DNA of 64,000 bases, from positions 100,442,001 through 100,506,000 of the forward strand of contig NC_087437.1 of the NCBI RefSeq assembly GCF_036321535.1. Direction: 5' to 3'. This stretch comes from Camelus dromedarius. Taxonomy: Eukaryota. Position numbers and translations under genes: made by a program. Below the pieces are notes generated by a model. The model worked only from the letters and a program-made list of their open reading frames with translations, was not told where the DNA came from and searched no databases. Shown here piece by piece: positions 26,350 through 38,339 of this stretch; the stretch's first letter is position 1, and every line of letters starts with the position of its first letter.

Positions 26350-28799
26350 TGCTAGGATTTAAGAGGTGGCCTAAAAAATGTTTGCGAGCAGGACTTGTTC
26401 CTATATGCTGTTTTTTCTTTCACTCAACTATCTTTCATTCCAAGACGTAACTGTTTTGACTGCCTGGTTCTATTTGGTCTGGTGAGCAGATTGTTCTTTA
26501 ATATTTTCATTAAGGAGCATAATTTTTGTCCTCACCACCCCTGTATACTGGTTTCTTCTTTTTTCTCCACTTCCTTTTAGTTTTTTTCAAAAGATCCTTG
26601 AAAAAGCCTTAGCAAGAGCTAATTAGTTTTCTCAGCAAAATTAAAGGTGAATCATCTTCTAGTAAGAGTCCCTTGTCTTCTAATGAAAATTTTTGCTGAT
26701 GGTCATTTGTAATGCAAACAACGTCCCTAACTCTCACTCCAGACATGAAAGGGAGTCTGCTTCCAAAGAAACTATGTAAGATTTAAGACCTTTATGACTA
26801 TATTAATTTTAGGAAGCATTTTAACTTGACTTTTTTTTTTTTTTTTTAGATAAGGTATAAAGTTTAATCCTCCCAATTCTTTAGAGTCTGAGACTTTGCT
26901 AAAAAAGGAGGCTCCCAAAGTTCCAAAGCTTCTGCTATGGGCAGCTTTGACCTTGAACAACTCTCTGTTCTCCGAATTGCTACAACAACCTTTGAAGCTT
27001 TGTGGGCTTGAGGAAGACAGCAAAGTCTTAGAACTTCAGGTTCTCTGTCTACCAAATTCGAACGTTAATTTCCATCCCATGACGCATCACGATGATTTTG
27101 CTTCAATTGAATTCCCTCAACATTGTTTCAAATAATGGGGGGTTGGTGTGGGTAGGTGGAGAACATCTCTTGTATAGGTTTTTTTTTTTCTTTCCCTTTT
27201 TTTGGCTTTTATAGTATAACACACATAGACTTAATAAGGATCTTTTGGTGATTGTCCATGTTATTATTGAAGGAAGCAGAGATTATTGAAGCAAGCAGAG
27301 AAGCTACTGAGTTTCATGCTTTGTTATGTGGTACAAAGGTGCTGTGGCCTTCGTCTCCCAAATTCTGCTCCAGCTCTGGGGGTGGGAGTAGTTTGAAAAG
27401 TTAGGTAGAAATAGGTTTGATGGGATGTCAACACTCTCAGCCTCCCAGAGGACTACCATTCATCACACCCCTGCTCAGGCCCCCATAGTCCAAAGACTGG
27501 TTTTTGTCTGTTTTATGGCATTGCTCTGAGTCCTTCTTTCCCCACTGACTCCCTGAACAAATCTGAACTTCATAAGCAAAACATACTGCTGCCAACACTC
27601 AGTAGTTTCAGGAAAGCGGAGAAGATTGAAATTTTGAGTTTGACCCTCTCCCCTGTGTGTTTGTTCACAAATTCGAAAGCAAAACCCTAAGAGTTACTGA
27701 AACGGAGTCATTTGGTAATTGTCACAACTGTTAGGGCACCAGTGTCCTCTCAGGTTTCCTTCACCCACGTGGAATCTGCTTCTTTCAAATATTGCTTCTG
27801 TTGCTAAACTGAAGACACAATAAAGATGAAGTATGATGACAAATTCCTAAGAAACGCTGGACTGTTTGCTCATTCAGACTAAGGTAGAGTCGTTCACTTA
27901 AAAAAAAAAAATTCCATCCTGCTCAGCAGAATTTGCTTTTGTTTTCCTCCCTGTCATTTACTGCTTGGTTATGGTTTAATAACACAATATTCTCTAGTTC
28001 ACTGCCCTCATAAAACTGGCAGGCTGAGAAACAGCTACAATTGGACATGTTCCCGCTCTGGGTAAAGAGATGAAATCCTGAGGTTCAGTCTTGCTGGAAG
28101 TGGAGATGGGGCATTATACGGCAAATCTGGTTTACCAGACATTTTTGCTGAGATCAGGTTGCTAGACACTCAGGCACTGCACGCCTCCTAGGGGCCCGTC
28201 CCCTCCAGCACACTCACGGCTCTCACTTGCTGTAATTTCTGAGCACGTATTTGTGTTGTTAGTCTCAAGAGATGCAATGTTGCCCTAGTTATGATTGAGC
28301 TGAATAGTACTTCTAGAGGTCTTCCAGAGAAGACACTCTTGGGTACCAGAAGGGTTAAACCTACAGTGATGTGGTTTTTTACTTTCTGTTTTTTAAAAGA
28401 AGCATTTTTCACTTTGTGGGACTGCAGCAAATACAGGGGGAGATGGGGTGTAGAATCACTGAATGACAGGAGGTGTCTGTTTCTGTGCCTGTTACAGAAG
28501 CAGGGTTTTTATGACCTAAGGATAAGTTTATGAATAGGCATTTGTATGATGGTTGAAGAAACAGCATTTTTTATTAGTTGTCTCCTGCTTTTTAAACTAA
28601 AAGATCATCTGTGATACAGTCCATTTAATTAATATGACACGACTATTTGAATATATAATTTCTCCTTTCATGCAGATACTCTTTAGAATGGAGGCTGTTT
28701 GGAGGCAAATCTGATACTTAGAAACCCAAACAAATGGGAAAAATCATAAGTGATAAGATCATACATTTTGTAAACAGATGCTAGACTTACTAAATGCTG

Positions 28800-29000
28800 G
28801 AGCTAGTGGCTAGGCCTAGACCCTGTTAGCCAAAATGCCTGGTCTCAAATCCCAGCTTTGCCACGTACAACTGTATGATGTTGTCAGCTTGGTCTTGTTG
28901 TGCCTCAGTTTCCCATCTGCAAAGTAATGGTACCCACCTCTTGGATTTATTAAGAGGACTAACTCATTTAACATATATAAATAATTAGTGGTTGTTAGAC
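28800..29000 (+). mobile_element. MIR SINE
   Basis: caaatcccagctttgccac...tgtgcctcagtttcccatctgcaaa core. Confidence 0.8.
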
Positions 29001-29166
29001 CACCTTTTGTGATTATTATTTGTTATTATCATTTAGTCAAAGTTCCTCTGGTCAGATATCCTGTCTTCCAGTCTAATGTTCTTTCTTTTATACTGCTGCT
29101 ACCCAGAAAAGAGCAGTCTGTATGTTCAAGTGTGCCACATTATGCTGGTAAACACAGACACTGAAA

Positions 29167-29200
29167 GTGTGTGTGTGTGTGTGTGCGCGCGCGCGTGTGT
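29167..29200. repeat. Compound (GT)n(GC)n(GT)n microsatellite
   Basis: gtgtgtgtgtgtgtgtgtgcgcgcgcgcgtgtgt, 34 nt of alternating purine-pyrimidine. Confidence 0.95.
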
Positions 29201-29934
29201 CTCTAAATATGGCAGTCTGTACCTCAAATAGTACAGAAGGGTCCTTCAAAGCCACGTCTTTGTCTCCTTCCATCTAGTCTATTCTAGGTGCCTCCTCAGT
29301 GGTCTCTCCCTGGCCATCACATTCGGCACCCTGCCCCAGAATGACCTTTCAGAGAAATGTTTGACCTTTTCTCCTAGTGGAAGTTGTAAGGTCGCCAGTG
29401 ATATAATTGGCAGTTAAAAACCCTCTCGAAGAAACATTTTGGTCAAACAGCTTGTTGCAGGCTCTGTTTGCGCAAGTCATCTGTGTGAGGCTTTGGAGTT
29501 TGGTGACTCATCAGTACTGGTAAAGGTCACAAATACCAGTCCAAGACCAGGAACATGCCTCCGAAAAGTGTACATTTTTATAAGTGATACTAGGTTTTTA
29601 TCACTGACCACAATCAGCATTGGATTTACTGTTTTAATCTTTAAGAGTCTTGCTCTGTTCCCGAAAACGAGAAAAGCACTTTTACCTTAGGCCAAAATGT
29701 AAATGTGTGGCATGTTCTTTTCCCCAGGCAAGTGACTCACTGCAGATGTAATGACAAGCTATCCTTCAGTTTGAGAGTTGATCAGTGAACTGGATGTGGA
29801 GCTGCAGGAAATGTGCAGTGTTAGGAAATTAGATAAGCAAGAGTATGTCTAAAATAAGCCTCTACTTGTTAAAATAATCTACTAGCCCAGCTAAAGTTAA
29901 TGGTCATCAGAATTTGGAAAGCACGTATTCATAG

Positions 29935-31130
29935 ATTCAATTCATTTCCTCAGCATTAGTTTAATGAGTGTCTGCTAACTAACAGTCCCTGTGCAAGGGA
30001 TGAGCAAACGACACAAGGAGATACTGTCCTTGCCCTTAGGGCATTTTCAGTCTTTGCTGGAGACTGACCCTAAATGAATGCTTGCCAAAATAGAGCTATA
30101 AGCAAAGTATTATGAGAGCACAGAAATTTGGAGAAATCATTTCAGAAGATTGGATACTTAGAGTGGGTCTTAAAAAGTAAAAAGAATATTCTGGAGAGAG
30201 TGTGGGGGCAGGGCAATCCAGAAAGAGCCAGAGAGCATCTATAGAGGCAGAGAGATAAAGGATGTATATCCGAATGTTTGTTTAGATGTGTTTGGGGAAT
30301 TGCCTGGAGGGAACATTTCATAGACAAGTGTACTGAGCAATAAATCAGTGAAGTAACTGAGTCCAATGGTACAGAACTTCGAATACCCTCCTGATGGGTT
30401 TGAACCCCGCCCTCAGGCATCATACCATCGTATATTTTTTAAGTAGGAGTGTGACATGGATAAATCTGTCTTTGAAAGCTTGCTTGGGAGACAGCCTGGT
30501 GTATGGATCAGTAATGGGGAGGATTGGTATATCAATATATATAGGGAGAGTGTGTTAGTCAGCTCAGGCTGCTGTAACAAATTCCATAGGCTGGGTGGAT
30601 TAAACAACAGATACTTACTTCTCATAGTTTCGGCGGCTGGCAAGACCAAGGTCGGATGCTGGCCATTCGGTTCCTGGTGAGGGCTCTCTTCCTGGCTTAC
30701 GGATGACTGCCTTCTCACTGTGTCCTCACAAAGTAGAAGAGCGAAAAAGGGAGAGACAGAGAAAGGAAAGAGGGAAAGTGCAAAATCTCGTTTCTCTTCT
30801 TCTTCCTCTAGAGGCACTAATCCCATCATGGGCCCCACCCTCTTGACCTCAGCTAAACCTAAATACCTCTCAAAGACCCCACCTCCTAACACCATCACAT
30901 TAAGGGTTAGGGCTTCAATATATGAAATTTTGGGGGTGGGACACAAACATTCAGTGCAAAACAGAGGGGAATGAGAAGGCTTCTTAATAACCAAGGTGTT
31001 ACATAGCAGGGTTAGAATTGACGCTGAGATAGTTTAGTCATGGTGGCAGAGATGCTCCTAGACATGTTTTGAGGGGCAACATTAATAGATCTTAGATGAT
31101 TGGTTAAATGTGAGACCGAATAGAACGAAG
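29935..31130 (-). mobile_element. L2 LINE fragment interrupted by MLT1A
   Basis: ttcatt..cagcatt..tgagtgtctgcta, gtccttgccctt, ggagtgtgacatgga; resumes after 30963. Confidence 0.65.
30551..30963 (-). mobile_element. MLT1A0-like full-length MaLR solo LTR
   Basis: tgtgttagtcagctcaggctgctgtaacaaa...gagggctctcttcctggctt...ggcactaatcccatcatg...ggacacaaacattcag..aaca; 5-bp flanks gagag/gaggg. Confidence 0.9.
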
Positions 31131-31159
31131 GGTTAGAGTTAAGGATTAAAACTGTCAGT

Positions 31160-31410
31160 ATAATGATTAAATACATAAGCACAAGTGTTAAACTCCCCGA
31201 GTTCACTCCCGGTAACTGTGTGATGTGGAACTAGGTTCTTAAATTCTCCGTACCTCAGCTTCCTCATCTGTAGAATGGGGCTAATAATCATACTTACCTC
31301 ACAGAGAAATTGTGAAAGTTAAATATGATAATGGGTTTAAAGCACTAAGAACAGTCTTTGCTCTTCAATAAGACTCTACAAATGTTAGCTGGATAGTATT
31401 TTATTACCAA
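31160..31410 (+). mobile_element. MIR SINE
   Basis: cctcagcttcctcatctgtagaatggggctaataatcatacttacctcacag...aaagcactaagaacagt. Confidence 0.85.
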
Positions 31411-33144
31411 CGGTAACTAATAATTGTATTCACTAATTTTTTGAATTGCCAAAACTGGCTTTCTGATGTGAGAAAGGCACTTGCTGTCTTCAGGTTCTGA
31501 TGGGAGCTGTCCTTGTGGCTTGTCCTGGTTGCCGTCCAGAATGAGGACATCTAAGGCACCCTCTGGACTCGGCAGCAGTTGCCTTGGTTCAGACTACGCT
31601 TTGCTCTTCTTTGCAGGAAAGACTTGTTCTGCTTTTTCTTTTCCCACCGTTTTCCTCTCCTGGCTGTTCCTGTGGTCACTCAGAGTGCAGAGTGTGGAGA
31701 AGTAATCCTACAATTCCTTCAGACAGAACATCTGTGTGACAGAAGTAAAAGCTAGGATCCCAGGTGAAGGTGGTGTCATCTCATGGGAGCTCAGGAGATT
31801 TGGGGTTCAGTCCTTGCCTCTGAGGCTAATAAGGTCTATAGAGAGTTTGGAAGTTTCATAAGCAGTTCAGGCCATCTAAGGGGGAGAGATGAGATCAGCA
31901 GTGTCCAGTCGGCACTTTGTAGATACCCAGGGTCTGCCAGTCACTCAGAGCTGCTGCCAGGCTCTTGGTGGTGGTTCTGGGGACCTGGGGGCAGGGGTCG
32001 TCTCTGAGAAGGATGTGGAGCAGCTGTGCTGTGATAATCTCCACCGTCTTTCACGTTGAGGGTGGCAGCCACTCAGCTTTCATATATGTTACACCTCAGT
32101 TGTTCTTGAAGGATTTTTTTTAAGAAAGTGCTCTCCTAAAATAAGAGCAAATCAAATCAAAGCTATGAGGCTCTGAAAGGCCCCTTTAGCACCACATATT
32201 AGTGGTCTCCTGTGGTATTTCTGTATCTCACTTGCTGATTCACTTTGTGCTCTGAGATGAGCCCCATCCGTGTCATTCTGGGACAGAAATTGCATCCATA
32301 TTCTGAGGAAAAGCAGGGGCGCCCTGCAGGCTGTGCAGTCTGCTAGCTCGTGTGTTGTCTGTATAGGTGTGAAGCTGAGAAGAGGTGGAAGAAGCAAAGG
32401 AAATGTGGTTTTGCATGTTGCTGGCTCAACTCTCCCTGCCTTATCTTTTCTGTTGAGTGTGGGAAACTCCCCCAACCTCTGGGCCAGCACTGCACCAGAA
32501 CCCACCTTTTTCTGGTGTCTTGTGAGAAGCAGTGGTTGGTCACGGGACACTCTCCAGCTCTCCTCCCACCCAGGACTAGGTACATTTCTTTCAAGAATGT
32601 GTGCCGCTGGCTGGCAGTGTTTCAGACTGAGTGACATCTTCCTCTGATGCAAAATAACTGGAGAATTACTTGTGGCAGGGAGTGGGGGGAAGTAAGAGAG
32701 AGCAAGGAAAATAAGACAGGTACAAACCAAAATTCAATATTCTAAAACCTTCAGTGATTTATCTAGAATTATTGGGTGTTGAATCTACTAGGGGCTGTAT
32801 ACATCTTTTACTTTTTGTATAAAATTCAGTCTTCAAATAATTTAAGACCTAACACCAGATTAAGAGAGAAAAAGAGAATTAGATAACTGTCTTTGTTACA
32901 CAAAGGATTACTTACAAAATAATGAAAAGTCCCTCTCAGCCCTCTTAGAACGCATAGAAAATTCAGAATAGTGTAAGAGTCTCCTGAGTACGTTCCCTCC
33001 TCTGGAAATCCTGGACACCTGAGCTGAGGGGTTTCCAGTGCTGCTGATTGGGGGCAGTGCCTGGATGAGGTAATGCCAGATCCATGGTTTCCAGACTTTT
33101 TCAATTCAGGGAACATTAAAATAAAATGAAAAATAGTAACCAAC

Positions 33145-33612
33145 TATGATGGTTAATTTTATGTGTCAACTGGACTAGGCTTTGGTGCCCAGTTGTTTGG
33201 TCAACACCAGTATAGATGTTGCTGTGAAAATATGTTTTAGATGTGATTAATATTGAAATCAGTAGACTTTGTATAAAGCAGATTTTACTCCATGATCTCC
33301 ATATTGTGGTGGGCCTCATCCCATCAGTTGAAGGCCTTTAGAGAAAAGGCTAAGTTTCCCTGAAGGAGAAGGGATTCTGCCTCCAGGCTACTTACAGGTT
33401 TAAGACTGCAACATTAACTCTTGCCAGAATTTCCAGCCTGCCCTACAAATTTTGGACTTTCCAGCCCCCACAATTGTGTGAGACAATTTCCTAAAATCCA
33501 TCAACCCTTACCCCCAAGTCTGCCTGTCTATCTATTGTCTGTCTACCTACCCTACCTACCTACCTGCCTATCCCTATTGGTTTTGTTTTTCTGGAGAACC
33601 CTGAGTGATGCA
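33145..33612 (+). mobile_element. MLT2D-like ERVL solo LTR
   Basis: tgatggttaattttatgtgtcaactggactaggc...gtgggcctcatc..atcagttgaaggcc...cctattggtt..tctggagaaccctga. Confidence 0.9.
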
Positions 33613-34164
33613 CCCATGTAAGATTGTGGTTTAAAATTTAACCAAGGACTCAAAACCAAACAAATAAATAAAAATGGTAACTTACCATCTACTGTTGTTA
33701 TTGCTTGAGCGGAAAGGATAATTTTCTACTCCCATCATAGGAAAGATGTAATCTCAGAATAAAGGACAGTCCGATTGACTGAATAAATTATGTCCTACCA
33801 AACAGCTTACTACACTGCCTTTACATTTTTCATTTTCCATGCACAGGTGGAAATGTCTGGGCCAGTCTTTTGTGCTGTAGGTGACCCAGCTTCTCACTGT
33901 GTGGTAGAAGCACCCCCCACTGTTACTCCTAAGAGAACAGTCTCCCCAAATATTTTCCCCTGATATGAGCTGCTTATGAGCCAGGCTCCTTCCACCATCT
34001 TTGCTCTTTTGTTACAGATGATGATAGAAGTATCTTGCTGTAAAAGCACCTCATTGTTTCTTCTTAATAAAACCACACTTCCTTTGTGTCCTTTCAGTTC
34101 AGTTCTGTGTTTATGCAGAGGCTGAGGAAATTTTCTATCACAGGTTTCTTAAAATTTATTATCC

Positions 34165-34320
34165 TTATAGAGTGTAAGAGCTGGAAGTTTCCCTAAAAAT
34201 CACCAAGTTCAGTTTCACTTTCGACAGGCGAGAAATCGTTGGCTAAGAGAGGTGGAGTGGAGCCCAGAGTGGCAGAGGAAGGTTAGAACTCAAGTTCCTG
34301 AATTTCAGTTTAGCAATGGC
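34165..34320 (-). mobile_element. MIR3/MIRc-like SINE
   Basis: gagctggaag...agagaggt..agtg...agtggcagag..ttagaactcaagttcctga follows the reverse MIR layout. Confidence 0.6.
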
Positions 34321-34899
34321 CCTGCTCATCATAACTTCCTCTTCTTGTCTTCGCCACTTTCATTTCAGTTGACTTCCCCCTAGAAGAGCCCTTCTCTTTT
34401 TATATCTCTTTTTCTTTGCTTTGAAGTTACAGATCTGAAACTCTGTGTTTAGCTGTGCCTTGGCTTCTTCCGTGTTCTGTATACCAGTGGCCTCTAATAA
34501 ACCCCTCTTTATCTGGACTACACATTTCCACACTTTCTTCTGCTGAAGCTTGATACCAACTGACCTGTAAGGGCTTGGGCTTCAAAACAGTCCTTAGTCC
34601 ATCCACTCTTGCCTGTAGGACCAACTTGAAATTTTCTGTTGGGTATGGTTTTGTGAATTTTTGAGCCACAAATTTATCTGAGTTTCAGATTCTAATCTGT
34701 TTTCAGTAGTGCTCTCAGTTTAGTTTACTCCAATTGCAAAAATATTCCTCTGTATTTACAGCAACAAAATCTGAATGCAAATTCAGAGAAATTCAATCCA
34801 TGGCAAGCCATGGGTGCCAATCCCCACGTCACGTAATCAGTCTGGCAGCCCTCCCTGTTGTAGTCAGGACCTTTCCCATCCTTACATGGCAGCTGCTGA

Positions 34900-35440
34900 G
34901 CCCAACACTTCTCTCTTGAGCTTCTGACCCCATCTTTTCCTTTTCTCTCATAGAAAATAGAAATAGCCAGGTAGGGACTTTCTCACCTTACTCTCCAGTG
35001 ACTCTCACTTGAAGACTTTCATCTGCAGTTTTATCTTCTCCAACTCAAAGCCTGAGACGACCCTAAACCTCTTCAAAGATGGTCCATTCTAGGTGTGTGA
35101 TACTGTTCTGCCTCTTCAGGATTCTGGTCCTTTGATTATTGCTACCTTTCCATCTTTAGCCTTTCCACTACATCTGTCTTCTCAGTATTTATTCATGTTG
35201 AAGTGCTTCCCAGGTTGAAACAAAACAAAACCTTGGGCCCACAATCCTGACTTCCTCACTTTCCTGGTTAAACTTTTTAGAGGTTACTTCAAATCTACCA
35301 CCCTACTTCCCCACCCACACTTCCACTCATTGTGATCTACTTCTGCACCCCTAGGTCCAATTAAAACTGTTCTCATTGAATCCCTTGTTGCTAAATCCAG
35401 TGGACCTTTTTCGATCCTCATATATTTATCTCTGGGCATA
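34900..35440 (+). mobile_element. L2 LINE internal fragment
   Basis: catagaaaatagaa..agccagg, ttgttgctaaatccagtggaccttttt..tcctcat. Confidence 0.65.
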
Positions 35441-35721
35441 ACCCTTTTCAGTTGGCCAATAAAGACTTGTTGGCTTTTATAATCCCTTAGACTCAAAGCC
35501 TACAGGGCTTATTAAGAGTTCCTGGAACACAACAAAATCTCAATTTGATGAAATAATTAAAATGGAAAATAGGTGGGAGCCAAATGGTAAGGGCTTTTAA
35601 TGCTGAGCTGTGAGGGTTGATTTTTATTCTCTAGGCAGTAGCAATCTAGAGAAGTCTGAGCAGGGAAGAAGTGTTATCACATCTTTTGGGAAGTAAACTC
35701 TGGGACAGTGGATGGTTTGGA

Positions 35722-35880
35722 GCCGTGGGTTGCAAAGTGCTGTGTAGACCAGCAGGATCAGCATCACCTGGGAATTTGTCAGATGAAATTCTTGGGTCCC
35801 ACCCTTGACCTGATTCAGAAACTCTGGAGGGGCAGCCATGTGACGTGTGCTTCATGAAACTCAAAGTTAGGGCACCACTG
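35722..35880. mobile_element. MER5A MITE within a minus-strand L2 fragment
   Basis: gaccagcaggatcagcatcacctgggaatttgtcaga...tcagaaactctgg...aaagttagggcaccactg. Confidence 0.8.
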
Positions 35881-37699
35881 GTTTCGAGGAGAAGCAGAAC
35901 AAGTGCTAGTCATCAAATGCCTGAAATAGTCATGGAGGTGTTGTGGACAGTGGGGTACATGGAGACAATGCATACTATTCAGTCACTGGATGAGGGCCTT
36001 GGGCATTTTTTAGGGGTGGGTAGGTCGCTACTGATTTAGAGGACACGCAATCCTTGTGCTCCCTCTGAAGTCCATGCACTTGTTCATTCAACAAATGCCT
36101 GCTGGGCTGGGGTCATTTAGTACTACCAGGGAGAACACAGGCCAAGCCCAAAGCTAAAGTTATGGTCATCATTATTTCCTCCAAGATGCTGGTAGACACA
36201 AACTGTGAGCACTTTCAATAATTAGAGGAGGATAGTAAGAAGTTCTCCAAAGTCACCCCACCTGTGAACAGTGAATGCTTTAAACAAGAAAACTGACATC
36301 TATGTTACCAAAAGTTTTAATTTCTCTTCAGAATCTTCCCATCAGTTTCAGCTGACCCAACAGGCAGACCATGTCCTGAGGAATAGTTTAGGTATGTGGT
36401 GGCTCTCAGCAGCTCACTTCAGAAACCAGTTTTGTAAGATCTCAGAGTGGGAGAGCATTGGACATGGAGCCAGTGGATGAAGTGAGGTGTAGTAGAATTC
36501 TCAGTTGAGAGCCTAAGAAGGTAACTGGTTGATTTAGGCTGAAAAGGAGTTTATTCAATGGGCAGAGATCACCCAGGAAGCTTGGAAACCGGGCAGCAAC
36601 AAAGGTGATTAATCAGCTGCCAGATTCATGACCAAAGTCACACAGAGCAATGGCTACTCAACACCAGATGCCAGGAGCTTACCCGTTGCCCCCACTAGAT
36701 GTGGGTACCAGACGTTTGTTTCCCCTGTTGGTAGTTAAGACGCTGCTGCTCTCAACATGGATCCTCCTTTATCCAGTTTCTTTGCTTTACCAATTAGGGC
36801 GGAGTATCCCAGATGCAAGGGAGGTCAGGTTAAGCTTTTGTTTCTACAGGTAAAAGTGGTCTGTGCCAGTTGAACACTGGAATGGGATTCAGATGCAGAG
36901 CATCCCCACCCTCTGGCCAAAAAAAAGAAAAAAAGAAAAATCCACTGATGTGAACTTGCAAGTCATGTGGAATTTAAGATAGAAGGGATCTAAGACATCT
37001 AAATGAGATTCCAAAGATGAAACCTTTTGAAAACTTTTAACAGTAATTGAGAATCCCAATTATATAAATGATTTAGAAGGCGTCATTCTGCCTGCAGCTG
37101 TCCCTTCTTTCTACCCAGCATACTCACACCTACTTGCCAGTCTCAGACACCCGCACAGAGTTCCAGGTCCTATAATGACGTTTAAAAATGAGGACAAAGA
37201 ACAAAGGCGATGGAGCTGCAGTAGGCTTACATGTTTGCTTTAGCGTAGTGAATTCAGGCTTAGAAAAGTTTAAGGGATGAATTTCCCTTACATCACAAGG
37301 TAGTTAAAGCTACACAGGAGAACAACTTCAACTATGGTCCGGTGCTCTTTCCAGTACTTTCTCCAAACCAGACTCTATCTTTGCTGCCTCTTCTGGAAAA
37401 AGAGTGGTTGGACTGTTAAACTTTGAAGAGACCTTAAGGACGATTAATATTCTTTTAGCAACCCATTAAATGTTTCAATTCTCAAACATCCCTTATTTTG
37501 TAATCTGCCTCTGATCTCTTGTACAACTGTCTTTGTTTCTTAGTTCTAAGTTATTTATTACTACAAAGTATATAAATTACTTTAACAATTATTTGTGGGA
37601 AAAATTGTAATATAATATTCAGATTCATAAAGCTAACCACAGGTAATTTGAATACTTTAATTTCTATTTTTACTATCACTTTAAAAGCCAATTTAAAAA

Positions 37700-38118
37700 T
37701 ACTTGTAACAGCTTTATTTATATGGTCCTAAACTAGAAACGACTCAAATGTCCATCAACTGGTGAATGGACAAACAAATTATAATACATACAACAGAAGA
37801 CTAGTCAGCTAAAAAAGAGAAAATGAACTACTGATCCTTGCGCTAATATAGATGAATCTCAAAGCTGCTAGATGAGTGAAAAAAAGCCAGAGGCAAACGA
37901 GCACATCCTGAATGATAACATTTATGTAAGGTTGTGAGGCAGGTAAGTGCAAATTACGGTGACAGGGATGAGAACAGTGGATGGGAAATGGGGACTGAAG
38001 AGATTCCAAAGGGGCCCAGAGGGGTGATGGTTACACAGTTGCATACATCTGTTAAAACTCAAACACACTTAAAACCTGTGTACTTATTGTATGTAACGTA
38101 TACTCCAATTTAAAAAGT
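37700..38118 (+). mobile_element. L1ME-type 3' end
   Basis: caaatgtccatcaactggtgaatggacaaacaaatt, aatgaactactgat, gatgaatctcaaa, ttattgtatgtaa. Confidence 0.85.
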
Positions 38119-38339
38119 AGCATAGACTGTGTCTAGAAAGACAGGAATCTTATTTCCTGCTTCTGAATTCTTGGGGCAGAGGAAATATTAAGTATTAAAG
38201 AGAGATTCTCACAAAAAATTAAGATCAGAAACTGTTAGATAACAATTTTAAGTAGGATCCATAAGCCTGAAAAACAAAACTTTGTCTTTAGGTCAATCAT
38301 TAAAAAAAATACGTATACTTGAAATTATCCACTGAAGCT

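Noticed and set aside
30413..30994. 193-aa minus-strand ORF
   Set aside because: It runs through an MLT1A LTR and L2; LTR sequence is non-coding and no domain is recognisable.
32152..32730. 192-aa ORF and several overlapping ORFs
   Set aside because: No recognisable homology, non-ATG start, composition typical of random frames in moderately GC-rich DNA.
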